Shown piece after piece: positions 39,218 through 53,465 of a DNA stretch of 64,000 nucleotides. Position numbers and translations under genes: made by a program. Within the stretch, counting starts at the first letter, position 1. Each line of letters opens with the position of its first letter. Location of the stretch: assembly GCA_024679065.1 (NCBI GenBank), contig JAGIQG010000022.1, forward strand, positions 17,918,001 to 17,982,000, read 5' to 3'. Source of the stretch: Sphyrna mokarran (taxonomy: Eukaryota). The notes under the pieces were generated by a model. The model did not search any database. It saw only the letters and a list, made by a program, of their open reading frames with translations, and was not told the DNA's origin.

Positions 39218-40486
39218 TAAGGAACATAAGTAGTAGGAGCAGGAATAGGCCATCTGGTGCCTCGAGTGCTGTGTCATTCAGTGAGATCATGGATGATCTT
39301 TTTGTGGACTCAGCTCCACTTAGCTCGCTGTTCACCATAACCCTTAATGGCTTTACTGTTCAAATATTTATCTACCCTTGCCCTAAAAACATTCAGTGAG
39401 GTAGCCTCAGCTGCTTCACTGGGCAGAGAATTCCACAGATTCACAATCCTGCTTCCCCTTATTTTGAGGCCATGCCCCCTAGTTCTAGTTTCACCCACGT
39501 GTGGGAACAATTTCTCTGCTTCTATCTTATCCATTTCTTTCTTAATCTTGTATGTTTCTACCTGATCTTCTCTCATTCTTCTGAATTCCAGTGAGTATAG
39601 CCCCAGTCAACCCAGTCTCTTCTCATAAGCCAAGCCTCTCAACTACAGAATCAACTTATTGAATCTTTTCTGCACCCCCTGCAATGCCGATATATTCTTC
39701 AAGTAAGGAGACCAAAACTGTATGCAGGTATGTACAGGTGTGGCTTCACCAGCACCTTACACAGCTGCAACATAACCTTGTTGTTTTTAAACTCCATCCT
39801 TCTAGCAATGAAGAATAAAATTCCATTTGCCGCCTTAATTACCTGCAAACCAATTCCTTGTGATTCTTGCACAAGGACATCCAGTTGCCTCTGCATAGCA
39901 GCATGCTGCAATTTTTTAACTGTTTAAGTAGTAGCCCATTTTGCTGTTGTTCCAACCAAAATGGATGACCTCACACTTACCAACATTGTACTCCATCTGC
40001 CAGACCCTCCCCCACTCAGATTATTTTTATCTCTTTGCAGACTTTTGGCATCCTCTGTATACTTGGCTATGCCACTCATCTGCAAATTTTGACACTATAT
40101 TTGGTTCCCAACTCCAAATCATCTATGTAAATTGTAACCAATTGCAGTCCTAACACTGATCCCTGAGGCACAGCACTAGTCACTGATCGCCAACCAGAAA
40201 AATGTCCATTTACCCCCACTCTTTGCTTTCTGATAGTTAACCAATTCTCTATCGATGCTAATACATTATCCATAATGCTATACGTAACACACTGGTGCGG
40301 CACCTTGTCAAATGCCTTCTGGAAATCCACGTATACCACATCCAGAGGTTCCCCATTGTCCGCTGTGCATGTAATGTTCTCAAAGAATTTTGTCAAATTA
40401 GTCAAACATGACCTGTCCTTCATGAACCCATGCTGCGTCTTACCAATGGGACAATTTACATCCAGATGTCTCGCTATTTCTTCTTG
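39218..40486 (-). mobile_element. Degenerate CR1-type LINE
   Basis: ORFs 40076..40423 ([18 protein letters not shown]), 39699..39911 and 39310..39576. Tail taaggaacataag. Confidence 0.9.
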
Positions 40487-40702
40487 ATGTTCTCTTCACA
40501 CTGACAATAGTTTATTATGTGACTTAAAATTTTATAAGTCAGTATTTCTGCCAGCTGAATCTCAATTGATAGCATTCTTGCCTCTTGAGTCAGAGCTCAA
40601 GTTCAAGTTCCATTCTGAGGATTTTAGTATCTAATCTAGGTTGATGCTCCTAGTATCACGGTGTTGTTTTTCCTCTGAGACATTAAACCAAGGCCCTGAC
40701 AC

Positions 40703-42070
40703 AAGAGTATAAGAAATAAAAGCAGGAGTAGGTCATCAGGCCCTTCAAGCTTGTTCCACCGTTCAGTTCGATCCTGACTAATCTATGTTGGCCTCCACTC
40801 CCTTTTCTGTACCGTTTTCCCCATAATTCTCTCTCCCTTGATCTATCAAATATTTATCCACCTCCAATTTGAGCATTTTTAATGATCCAACCTCCACCAC
40901 CCTTTGGGGCAGAGAATTCCAGTGAATTAACCAGCCTCTGAGAAGAAATTTTTACAGACCTCAGTTTTAAATGACTAGACCTTTTATCTTGTAGCTATGT
41001 CTGCTTGTTTGAGACTCTCCTACAGTGAAAACATCTCACCATCTATCCTGTCAAGCCCCTTCATGATTTTATATGTTTGAGTAAGGTTAACACTCGCCCT
41101 TCTAAGCTCCAAGGAATGCAGATCCAGACTACTTAGTCTATCTTGCTAGGACAGCCTTGTCATCCCAGATTAAGACTGGTGAATTTCCAATGGATTGTCT
41201 CCAAAGCTATTATATCTTTTCTTAAATAAGGGGACCAAAACTGTATGCAATATGCCAGTGAAGTTTCACCAGCACCCTGCAAATTGCAACAAAATCTCCA
41301 TATTTTTGACTTCAATCTCTTCTGCAATAAAAGCCAAAATGCTGTTTGCTGCTTTAACTCCTTGTTGGATTTGCCTGATAACTTTTGTGATTCTTGGACA
41401 AGAACACCTAGATCCCTCTGCATTTCACTCACCTGTAGTGTCTCTCCATTTAGATAGTAATCTGCCTTTTGATGCCTCCTACAGAAGGTATGACCTCACA
41501 TTTCCCCAGATTAAACTCCATTTGCCAGGTTTTTGCCCTGTCACCCAATCTATCTACATCTCTTTGCAGAATCATAATATCCTCATCACAACCTGTCCTC
41601 GCACCTATCTTCATATCTTTGGCAAATTTGGAAACCTTACATTCTGTTGCTTCCTCCAGGTCACTAATGTAAATAGTGAACAGTTGCAGACCAAGAACTG
41701 ATCCCTGTGATATTCCACGAGTTAACATCTTTCGACTCTGAAAAGGACCCATTTATTCCAACTGTCATTTTTCTATGTGACAGCCAATTTTAAGTTCATA
41801 CTAACGCTTCCTCCAATTCCGTGAGCTTTTGCTTTATGCATTTGTATCTTGTCAAATGCCTTTTGGAAATCTAAATGCACTACATCTATTGGTACCCCTC
41901 TGTCTACCCCTTGTTACATCCTCAATTCAAGCAAATTTGTCAAACATGATTTACTTTCATAAAACTATATTCAGCTTTCCTAACTGATTCGCTATTTTCT
42001 TTTGGATTAACTCTAGTATCTTGCCAATAATAGATGTTAAACTAACTGACCTATAATTCTCTGCCTTCTG
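40703..42070 (-). mobile_element. Degenerate CR1-type LINE
   Basis: ORFs 41450..41752 (QGSVLG, KFAKD, WQMEFN) and 41160..41432. Confidence 0.88.
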
Positions 42071-42299
42071 CCAGAATATCCTATTGCATTACTTCCCATT
42101 TAATGCAGATGCGTGTGTTCAGCCAATTTATTTCATTCCACATAATATTAAGAAACAGATGAGCAAATCTTAATATGGCAAAGCTTCTGATAACATCTTG
42201 CTGGAGTGTTGTGCTCCATAATTAGCCATTCCCCCAGCCAAATTATTCCATTACAGCTATTACACTGACAGAGGCAGTTTACCCAGGGATTATCCTATC

Positions 42300-44095
42300 T
42301 ATGAAAAGCATAACAAGTCCAATTCAATCTCCTCATTGGTCTCCTCCTAATCTTCAGCAAAGAATTGGAAGCTATCATTGTCAATGCTTTCAGCTGCACT
42401 TACCAATAACCTTCTCAACAATGGTCAGTTTGGGTGCTATCAGGACCAGTTGATTTCAGACCTCTTTGCACTCATGATCCAAGCATGGCCAAGAGCTGAA
42501 TATGATTGAATGATTCCATCTAGGAGCTCTGACAAAATTGAAGTCAACGGGAATCGGGGAAAACTCTGCATTGGTTGGAGTCATACTTCCACACAGATTA
42601 TTATGGTTGTTTGAGGTCAGTCACCTTAGCCCCAAAACATGGCTGTTGGATGGTGTTTAGGCCCAACCATCTTTAGCTGCTTCATCAATTATGAATTATG
42701 AACATTTACACCATAAGAAGTGGAAATGTTCACAATGGTTGTAACATTTGTAACTCCTCGTACTGAAACAGTCTCCTACCCACTTGAAGCCAGACCTGGA
42801 TGCTATTCAGGTTTGAACTGGTAAGTAGTAAGTAATGTTTGTACTAAGCAAGTGTTGCATATTCATCATTGACTACCAACTTCCTCATGGCTTTCAACAG
42901 CATTACTATTGCTGAATGCTCCACCAACATTCTCAGGCACACAATTGACCAGAAACTTAACTGGACTGGTTCCATAGGCTGGGTGTTCTGTGGCAAGTAA
43001 GTAATCTCCTAATTCCTCGAAGCATTTACACCCATCTATGTCAGGGGTGTGATGCAAATGTTCTCCACATGCCTGAAACACTTAAGTGCAGGAAGAAAGG
43101 AACCTTGGTGTACATATATATAAGCCATTGAAGGTGGCAGAACACATTGAGAGAGCAGTTAATCCTAGATTTTATTAATAGGGATATTGAATATAAGAGT
43201 AAGGCGACTATGTTGAATTTATATAAACACTAGTTAGGATTCACTTGGAGTACTGTGTCCAGTTCTGGGCACCATACTTGAAGGATGTAAACCCATTGGA
43301 GAGAGAGTAAGTACAGGAGAGACTGCCAAGAATCATTCCAGGGATAAACAATTGTAACTATGAAAATAGATTGGAGAAGTTGGGTCTGTCTTCCTTGGAG
43401 AAAAGATTGAGAGGACATGATGGATGTATTCAAGATCTTGACGTGTTTGGACAGGATAAATAGTGAGAAACTGTTTGCTTTTATCAGTATATCGAACTAC
43501 AAGGCACAGATCCAAAATAATGGGTAAAAGGAGTAGACATGATCCGAGAAAAATTTTCCACCTGAAGTCTGGAATGAATTTCTTGAAAGGATGGTGGAGG
43601 CCAGTTTGATCTAGATATTCAAAACTGAGTTGAATTGTTATTTGAAAAGAATGATGATTACAGGATAAAGCAAGGAAGTGGGATTAGGTAGAATGCTCTT
43701 TCACCAAGCCAGTGCAGACTTGATGGACTGAATGGCCTGCTATTCTATAGAGATTCTGTGAAAGGATGCATTCTAACAACATTCAAGGAGCTTAACATTG
43801 TCAAGCAAGAAGCAACTTCTTGATTAGTACTCCATCCACCACTGAAACATTCAATGCCTGCACTGCCAGCAGGCAGTGACTACATCTACATAATGCACTG
43901 CAGCAACTTACCAAGGCTTCTTTAACCATTTAAATCAATAGCTTCTACTGCCATTCTTTCACACTCAGGTCAAAATCCTGAAACTTGCTACCTACCTGCC
44001 ATAGTTCAAAAAAGACTTTGTTACATTCTCCAGAAAGATTTGGAAGTGCTGTATCCTTGGCCTTTCAAGCAATGTTCACGTCCTATGAAATAATT
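42300..44095 (+). mobile_element. Old LINE interrupted by a CR1 3' fragment (~43085-43760)
   Basis: Collinear with 58890-60190. The inner fragment has ttggagtactgtgtccagttctggg (LEYCVQFW) and a tail tattctat...attctgtga. Confidence 0.6.
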
Positions 44096-45930
44096 TAAAA
44101 AATGATCAAGAAAATGGGAGCTCTCTCTGGTATTCTAGTCAATATTCATTACCTGCTTTATCTACATTTACAACACAAATTAACAGGATCAATTTCTTTT
44201 TCCTTAAGGACTGCTTTTTCATAGGCTCTTTGGATCTAAACATTTAAAATATAAACTAAACTTGGTGCTGAGCAGACAGCTGAAAAATCAACAATAATTG
44301 AACAGCTTTTCATCATTCACCCTATCATACTCACAAGTGGCTGATTCTGAAGCAAATGTTGGACTCTCTTAAATTGTGAGTTTTCAACTTGTCTACAATT
44401 CAAAACTTTTTAGAAACACACACACCAACAGCAAAAATAGTTTGTGTACAATTAGACACGTGTAGCAGAAACTTTTTTAAGAACTTAGCAAACAGAAGAA
44501 ACTGGATTTCCCTTGGTTTATATTCTCCCTCTTCCAGATCTTTCTCCTGTAAACCTCACTGCAAATAATTTATTAGACAAATATGTAGAAAAGGCAATTG
44601 GAAAGGATTTAATTTTTTCCTTTTTCACTTGGTTATTGTTGTTACAGCAAATTTGTAAACTTGAAAGCCAGGCTCAGGAGCAGGAAAGGTAAAGATTTTA
44701 AGAGTTGGGAAATTATTTGTATAAATGAAATAAACTGAGATCCTTTCTTCTTCCTTGGTCTCTTTCCCTTTCATATTTTCTCTCACATTTTCTCTGACAC
44801 AGCTAGAGCTGCTTTTACAAGCATTGGATCCACCTCCTTGGCTCCCCCTCTTTCTTGTCTCTCTCATACTGCTGCTCCAGGTTCTTCAGACACAGGTTCC
44901 CTCCCATGTGCCCTGTTACTCAATCAACAATAGGTTCCCTCTGTCCCTCCTTCAAAACTACCTAAATTAGCTGCAAGTGCTATGGATTGTCCTGAGGTCA
45001 AAATTATACTTATGTTGCAACAATTCCAATTGATTTCAGATCTGGTGTGTGATCTTAATGCTACTGAAGTACTAATGATGAAACAATCTGCTCAGTTCCA
45101 GTCCTTGCAAAACTGCCCGTTTTTAAAATCTGATATATCCTGATATGTTTGATCTAAAAAGTTAGACATAATGCTGAATCTTGCCCATGATCACCTCTGC
45201 AAAGCTCCCTTTTGGGCTGACGTCAGTGTAGATTCCAAGCATCTCGCTCCTCGGGCCTTCAATGCAAGAAGTATCAATGACATCCTTTGATTTTGAAAGA
45301 GGTGCTTTAATCACTTTTTGTGTTCCTTGACCATTCTTCTAACTGTTGACTATGCTGTCTTCCTCCTTTCTTCTCTGTTGTTCAGCTTTGAGATTGCTGC
45401 CTTGTTCAACATATTATCAAAAATGATACACTCTGTCCTTACACAGTCACCTTCATAATCCTGCCAGGCTTCATCCTGTTCTGTCTACATGCTGCCTTTT
45501 TGTGACATCATCTGCACATGATCCAGTTGATTATATATGTGGGTGACACCCAGCTCATTCTGCATCACTTCCCCCAAACTGACAATCACCTTTGATAGCC
45601 AAACAAGCAGTTAAATTGTGACTCAATCATAACTTCAACTGAAACATCAGGATGAGGTAAATCATTATTGATTCTTCCAAAATACTATCCTGCTACCTGG
45701 CTATTTGAAACCTTAGTATCCCGTTGAATAACAACTTCCATTTATGTCACCTGTTTAAATAGAAAAATATCTCAAGGTACAATCACAGTGTCATGAAAAA
45801 AGAATGGACACTGAGCCAAAAAGGAAGGATGAGGAGGGGCAATCTAAAGTTTGGCCAAAGAGAATGGGGGTTATAGTTAGATTAGGGAAAGTTGAGTCTG
45901 AGGACAAATGTGCACTTGAGATTAAGATAA

Positions 45931-46240
45931 TGGCTGGAATTCTCCAGCCGTTCAGGTCGGGTTGGCAGGATTCTCTGGTTCTGTTGACAGTGCAGTCCCT
46001 GCTGTGGGTTTAACAGCAGAGTCGGGTGGTTCAGTGGGAATTCCTCTGGACAGCAGTGGAACCAGAAAACCACGTTGCCGGTGAATGGTGCGCCATCTCC
46101 CACCACCATGAAAAATGTTGAGGGGAAACCAAAGCATCTTGTCCATTGTCTTTGGTTGAGATCTCGTTGCGCTTATCACAACGAAACTGTCACTATTTTC
46201 TGCCATTGTTCTTCTAAAACCTACAGTAAATTCTGGAGTC
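45931..46240. mobile_element. MITE-like repeat, related copy at ~23820-24030
   Basis: Shared core gacagcag...gtgaRtggtg...ccatctccc and internal inverted arms (tctggttctgttg / cagtggaaccaga). Confidence 0.45.
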
Positions 46241-47482
46241 TACACATGGCAGTCAATTGTGGAGTTGCTGTTTTGAGTGCTCCTCCATTGGTTGCGCTGG
46301 TGATGTCCTCCCTAGAATATAGTCAATTAGAAGTATTTGAACTGACAAAACTCCCAAGCTCTTCCCTTTCATGTTGAATAAAGTATAGCTAGTTTTTTTC
46401 TTGGTGTACTAAGCTCATAATTACTGTCGAACTGTCTCAGTGCTGGTAGAATAATTTTATATTTAATGAATATCAAATGCCTCCATTATGATAAATTCTA
46501 CATCTTTAAAATATTTTGAATTCTTTAATGGTATTTTGTCTTCAATCTTAATACCTTCTGTGTGTCCCAATCATCTATTTCATGGAGATCTGTAACTCGG
46601 CACAAATTTAAGCTGACTTCAGGAAAGAGAAAATTCCTGCCATTGAGGTTGCTGTAGACAGTTTTCTTTGAGGTCGGCAATGAGTACCATTGATTGTCAT
46701 TGTCCCAAATTTTATGTTCACTGTCAAGTTCATAATGCTGATACTGGCCTGCCTACTTCCTATAGGCTTTGCACTAGAATTTGCAATAATTAGAAATCCA
46801 TTTTGCAGAATGCCCTCGACTGAGGGTCTGAGATCTGTGTAAGCAAACAATCAACTGTGTATCTACTTAACTAATCAGATTGAAGAATTCTTAACGGAGT
46901 ACAGTCCAAATCAGGAAGTATAATTTAGAATGTTTATGTCAGTGGTAAATCATGTGCAGAAATCAAAATAGAGATCCAAAAAGGATGAAAATTAAAATGA
47001 GGTAAAAGACAGAAAGGAAGGATTTGTTTAATTTTTTTAAACTTGAACAATAGTTATGAAGGATAGAGATTCCACACTTGTTAGTTTTCAGTGCTGGGGA
47101 GTTGATTGGCAGTATTTAAGATTAACTGCACAGTTAACTATCCACTTGCAAGTGAATGGGCAAGCTCTTTCTTTTCTGCCAATTTTAGTGGATATCTGGT
47201 GAGTGAGTGCAGCAACTTCATACCCATCATGTGATCTAATAGTGAGTCTCTGGGTAAAATAGCTATATAGTTCTTGAGCAGGGCAAAATCCTAATTTCTG
47301 CAAATAACTGGTTGTATGCGATATCCAGTAGTGACTGATAAACTAGTTAATATTAACAGAGCGTCGACGTTCTTCTACTGCAAAATCCAACGTAATACAT
47401 TTTGTCCTTGTCGGTGATTTGTTTTAAACTAGATTCAAAAATATGTTGCAATTTTGCTAACCATTACAAACATTCCTTACAG

Positions 47483-47584
47483 AAATGGCAGGATATTATC
47501 AAAGAAGTCAAATTTCTACAGAAGTTAAGACATCCAAATAGTATTGAATACAAAGGTTGCTATCTAAGGGAACATACAGCCTGG
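47483..47584 (+). CDS. TAOK1: TAO kinase coding exon 3: [34 protein letters not shown]
   Basis: Acceptor ttccttacag, 102 nt, phase 0-0, donor gtaaga. Visible inside ORF 47402..47620. Confidence 0.95.
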
Positions 47585-48107
47585 GTAAGAAATGTAATTT
47601 ATTACCAATATGTAAACTGAATGCATACCACCTGTGTACATTAATGAAATATCTTAGACTTCCTTAGTAATTTTATCTTGAATGATGTTTTCAATCTTGG
47701 ACCTATTGGAAAACAAATTTTTGTTTAAACAGACTTCAAATTTTGAGAGCTGCAATTTAGTTGCTGGAACTGTATGTTTAGAAGGACAAAATTGGTTACA
47801 AATAGTTAATATAAGAAACAAATGTTTATGAACAAATCTCTTTGGTCTGTTTGCTTTATAATATTAATATCTAATGATCAAAATGAAACCTTTTATAAAA
47901 TACCTATCTAATCCATTTTCAATTGATGGAAATAAAGATGAAATGTCATTTCATTAGACATGTATCCAGTGTACATTCTTCGCTGTAAAAGTAGAGATGC
48001 GACAATCCCATTTTCTTTCTAACACGGTCTGTGAATATCCAAAAATTGTTTAACATACTTAAACTGTTTTAAACATAATTTTATCAGCTGTTTTGCTCTC
48101 TTTGCAG

Positions 48108-48153
48108 CTGGTCATGGAGTACTGTTTAGGGTCTGCTTCAGATCTTCTAGAAG
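48108..48153 (+). CDS. TAOK1: TAO kinase coding exon 4: LVMEYCLGSASDLLE(V)
   Basis: Acceptor ctctctttgcag, 46 nt, donor gtaaaa. Hinge motif MEYC. Confidence 0.95.
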
Positions 48154-48750
48154 GTAAAAAATTCAATTTTCTTCTTAGTCTTTTCAAGTACCTGCAGAAA
48201 AAATTTAGTGAGATGTTGGACACTATTCAAACACTTGATATATTAATCTCAATTTTACTACATAGCCAAATAGAATAGAGCAAAGCTTGCTTACTGGTCA
48301 AATGGCTTATTTGTTCTTTCTGATGTTCTGAAGCATTTCAATTTAATGTTACTTGTTTGCTGTTTCCTAAATAATTTAAATTTACATTGAATTCAGTATA
48401 GGCTAATATAGCCTGAGCAATAAATTTAATTGCGCATGAAGGTCTATCTTGTATACTGGCATAAGTATTTTGTCATTTTTTTTACTTCCAGTTTCATTGT
48501 TACTCTTCCTTCTTTTCTGCATCCTTATGACATGGCAATCATGGTAATAAAACTTAAATGTTGTTCAACTGCAAAGTGTGGCATCTCAATTTGGGGGTTG
48601 GGGGATGCTCATTTATTGCCCCCACACAACATTTTTGGCAAGAGTCACTCTGATCGTGGTTAAGATGAGCGTTTTGGATGCTGGAAATTCTCACTAGGTC
48701 AGGTGCTTCTGTGGAACGAGAAACCATGTTAACTTTTCAAGTCTATACTT

Positions 48751-49998
48751 GGGTAGGTCGTGCCTTACTAACCTTATTGAGTTTTTTGAGAAAGTGACCA
48801 AAGAGTTGGATGGGGGTAAGGCAGTTGATGTGGTGTATATATGGACTTTAGTAAGGTGTTCGATAAGGTGGCCCATGGAAGGCTTCTGCAGAAAATGCAG
48901 ATATATGGGATTGAGGGTGATTTAGCTAATTGGATTAGGAATTGGCTAGCAGATAGAAGACAGAGGGTGGTGGTTGATGGGAGATATTCATCGTGGAGTT
49001 CGGTTACAAGTGGTGTACCTCAGGGATCTGTTTTGGGGCCCCTGCTGTTTGTAATTTTTATAAATGATCTGGATGAGGGTATTGAAGGATGGATTAGTAA
49101 ATTTGCAGATGACACCAAAGTTGGAGGAGTGGTAGATAGTGAAGAGGGGTGTTCTAGTTTGCAGAGAGACTTGGACAAGTTGCAGAGCTGGGCCGAGAGG
49201 TGGCAAATGGAGTTTAATGTGGAAAAGTGAGAGGTAATTCACTTTGGAAGGAATAACAAATGTGTAGAGTATAGGGCTAATGGTAGGACTCTTAATAGTG
49301 TTGATGAACAGCGGGATCTTGGTGTATGTGTGCATAGATCCCTGAAAGTTGGCAATCAAGTCGATAAAGTTGTTAAGAAGGTATATGGAGTCTTAACTTT
49401 TATTGGTAGGGGGATTGAATTTCGGAGCTGCAATGTCATGTTACAACTGTACAAAACTCTAGTGCGGCCGCACTTGGAGTATTGTGTGCAGTTCTGGTCC
49501 CCGCATTATAAGAAAGATGTGGAGGCATTGGAGAGGGTACAGAGGAGGTTTACCAGGATGTTGCCTGGTATGGAGGGCAGGTCTTATGAAGAGAGGCTGA
49601 GGGATTTGAGGTTGTTTTCGTTGGAAGGAAGGTGGCTAAGAGGAGACCTTATTGAAACATATAAGATGATTAGAGGTTTAGATAGGGTGGACAGTGATAG
49701 CCTTTTTCCTAGGATGGAGAAAGCTAGCACGAGGGGACATAGCTTTAAATTAAGGGGTGGTGGTTTAGGACGGATGTCAGAGGTAGGTTCTTTACCCAGA
49801 GGGTGGTAAGGGTATGGAATGCCTTGCCTGCGTCAGTTGTAGATGCGCCAAGTTTGGTGGCGTTTAAGAGGTTAGTAGATAAGTTTATGGATGAAAAGGG
49901 AATGGTTTAGGTTAGAGGGTCACTGCTTGTTCCTAATTGGTCGGCGCAACATCGAGGGCCGAAGGGCCTGTTCTGCACTGTAATGTTCTATGTTCTAT
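48751..49998 (+). mobile_element. Young CR1-type LINE, copy H (same subfamily as A/B/C), inserted into a palindromic repeat
   Basis: ORFs 48841..49230 and 49330..49809. Tail tgttctatgttctat. tctatac at 48742-48748 and 49994-50000. Flanks tgctggaaattctcac and gtgagtatttccagca are inverted arms. Confidence 0.95.
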
Positions 49999-50860
49999 AC
50001 AGAAATTACCCAGGTCTCGTGAGTATTTCCAGCAGTCTGTTTTTATACATCACTAAAGTTGAAATGAACTAACTTGATGCACACAAAGCACTGAAGTTAA
50101 GACGGGGTTTTTCAGTACTAAATAATTGAGCTGACCATATTTAGAGTTGAAATGTAATCTTGATTCTTAAAATAAAGACAAAATATTTTCTTAATTTTTA
50201 TGCCTTTTATTTCAATGAAAAAAGTGGTGGTGCAGAAAAAAATTCATTCCCATATCTATTTGAAATCTTTTTGTTGTATTTTCCACCTATGCAATCAACT
50301 CCATTCTTACCGCCTTCATGGAGGAAATTAAACGCAATTTGTTGGCAGGTTGTGCTATTTTCAGTTGACAGAATAAAGGTGAAAATATAGTTCTGTATTT
50401 GTCTTGCACTAATACTGTATGCCTTTTCTTAATGCTTTGGTTCAAATGTACACATTTAAACAATTCAGTTCCTCACTTTCCAAGAATGTTGATTCTCATG
50501 TTCAGATACATGTCTTATTCTTTTATAATCAGAATATTTTTGTTGCTAGAACCCTGTCCCTTCTAATACTGTCTCTCTCTCATGCATATAATAAAAGTCA
50601 GCTTAGCCTTCCATCAGGCACAGGTAAAGGAAAGGTAATATTCATTTGAAGCTTTAGATTGCTATGGAACACTTGGCAAGTATTATCCTTAAACCTGAAC
50701 AATCAAAATTTAATTAATAAAAATAATCTTGCTCAAAATTTGAGATTGAAAAATAGTTTTTATTCATTGTATTTCCGTCAGTGCTTTAATAATGAATGGA
50801 TACCAGTCATGATTTACAATCTTAAATGTCCCTCTAATATTAAGTATTGTTTCATTTCAG

Positions 50861-50957
50861 TTCATAAGAAACCACTTCAGGAAATTGAGATAGCAGCCAT
50901 TACTCATGGTGCTCTGCAGGGATTAGCTTATTTGCATTCCCACAACATGATTCACAG
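50861..50957 (+). CDS. TAOK1: TAO kinase coding exon 5: (V)HKKPLQEIEIAAITHGALQGLAYLHSHNMIH(R)
   Basis: Acceptor tttcatttcag, 97 nt, donor gtaagt. Phase matches both neighbours. Confidence 0.95.
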
Positions 50958-52099
50958 GTAAGTCTCTACAGTGGAACACTGAATCATGATGACAATATTT
51001 TAGTAAGTAGCATTTGGGCTGATACTTCAATACCAAGTTTGTGTTAATGAAAGCTCAACATGTGGTTCAGAGGCAGCATAATTAGAGGCTGCCAGCTGTA
51101 TAGCATGTGGTATCAATACTGATCTAAAACACATGTCAAAGTTAAATTGTTGATTTACAGATTTAGCAAGGAAAATATTGGAGATTGAAAATAGGTTTTT
51201 ATTTCAAATACATTGCATACTAATGCATTTTTTGATGTCTCTCAAATACAGTTATGTCGCTAAAAAATTGCAATGACAATTTTCCAATAAATTAAAAGTA
51301 CCCAGATTGAATTTATTCTGAAAGCACAGGAATTATAAGTGTCTTCTGTTTGTCCAATTCCACTGAAAATGTGGATCCTAATGATGTAAGAATTATTTAG
51401 CAAATGAAAGAAACAAAAGCCCAAAGCGTGGAAGTTGTACAATGTTCAAACAACTTTATATGCTGGGTGAAAGTTATCCGAAAGTTTGCTGTAACCATAC
51501 AGTGGTTCTCATTTATCATTATGAGCTGTAGATTACCATAGAAATGCGGTAAAATAAGATTTAAGCATAGGTAAAAAGTTTTATTTTGATATTTACATGA
51601 GAAACAGCTTCTGGTATGAGATTGTATTTGATATAAATAAGATGAATACTTGATCCCAAGTTGAGCTTCTGATCATGTTCACACCATCATAAAAACTATC
51701 TATTTCTACCTTTGTAACTTTGCTTCACGTTCAGTAGATCTGCTGCTGAAACACTCATTCATGCTTGGGCAGATTGGCCATGCTAAATTCTCCCTTAGTG
51801 TACCTGAACAGGCAGAGTATGGCAGTTAGAGGATTTTCACAGTAACTTAATTGCAGTGTTAATATAAGCTAACTTGTAATAAATAAACTTATTACTCTAG
51901 ATTTGACTATTCCAGTGTATTCCCGACTAGCCTCCAAATTTATATTTTCTGTGAACTTAAGGTCATCAGAAATTCCGCTGTTCATGTCTTCACTCGTACC
52001 ATGTATAATAGGATCTGCAAAACTTTTTGGGCTTAATTTTTTGTTTCTGTCATGAAGCATTAGCTTTACCAGACCATTGCGCTTAATAAAAAAAAATGT

Positions 52100-52430
52100 T
52101 TCTTTCATAGAATGCTTCCCACAACTGTAGGATGTCCTAAAGTGCTTTATAGTCAATGAAATATTATTGAACTATAATTGTTAAGATTCTGGAAATGTGA
52201 CAAATGTTTTGTGCACACAACAACCTTCCATAAACAGCAATATGAAAACCATTTGATCTGTCATTAGGCATTGATTGAGGAAAATATATTGGGCAGGACA
52301 CCAAGGAGAATTTTCCTGTATGAGTTAGTTATATTGGAATGAAAGGCACAGAGGGCCTTTGTTTAACACCTCATCTGAAAGATTTCATCTCCATCAGAGT
52401 CTTAGTCTAGATTATATGCTCAAACTGCCA
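52100..52430 (-). mobile_element. Degenerate Deu-domain SINE (SacSINE1-like)
   Basis: gtcctaaagtgctttatagtcaatgaa...tattgggcaggacaccaaggagaa...ctcatctgaaag...tctagattatatgctcaa. Confidence 0.55.
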
Positions 52431-52502
52431 TTACATTCCATTGATTGCTATTAGATACAGCTTATATGAACAATATTTTGAGTTGACTGCTGAATTTATT
52501 GA

Positions 52503-52658
<156 letters not shown>

Positions 52659-53280
52659 TAAGAAGCCTTTCTTCAGGCATGCACAATCATTTGTCTTTAA
52701 TGTATTATTTATAGTCACAAGCAGGAATCATCACCAGAAGCAATTTGACTATCATTTGCAGTTAGAACCATCACCTTGGGGTGCATTCCGGTAATCCCCT
52801 GAATAATGCCATTAGAAGCTCCTTACTCCTGTAAGGCCGCATATGGTGACAGGGTTGGAGGGAGATACCAGACATTGTAGCCCAAAATATTCTCAGTGGC
52901 AGAAAAAGCAAGGGAATACAGTGGCTCAATGTCTCTGAAGGTGGAAGAAGGCTCCAGCCATTATGTGATCCAGGTCATTGTGGTTTGATATTCTCCTGAG
53001 TCTGATCACCAACGCATCAAGATTTTGTGGACAGTGACAGTCTCTCAAGGTCCCCTTATTAAACAAAACCATGTCCAGGCTTCTACCAGCGTTTAAAATG
53101 AGCTGGCACAGAGGAAAAGAAAAAAAAATTGCTTAAAAAAAGTTATCAAATATGCAATATGTAAGCTATAAAAATAAAACTTTTAAAGAATATTTAAACC
53201 TTCAAACCTAAACCTCTTTGTCACAATAAATCTGGATAAGATTACACAGCTTTCACTGTTATTTTAAAAATTTTTGATCC

Positions 53281-53465
53281 ATTCTAAGTTACAAAGCCAA
53301 TGCAGAAAGTGGACTGGGCAGACACAAAATCCATTTTGCTTGCTTCAAAAAACATTCAAGTTGAATCCAACTTGTGGTCCCCACAAGAGACAGACAAAAT
53401 CCAATCTGACAAGCAAAAGCATTGTACCCTGTCTGACACTTGATCTTAGCCAAAAGGTCAAGAAA
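53281..53465 (-). pseudogene. U2 snRNA-derived repeat, near full length, with altered branch-point recognition region
   Basis: 53436-53457 reverse complement ccttttggctaagatcaagtgt equals U2 nt 13-34. Further down: ttttttgaagca (Sm-site region) and gtccact...gcattggctttgta (U2 3' stem-loops). Confidence 0.8.
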
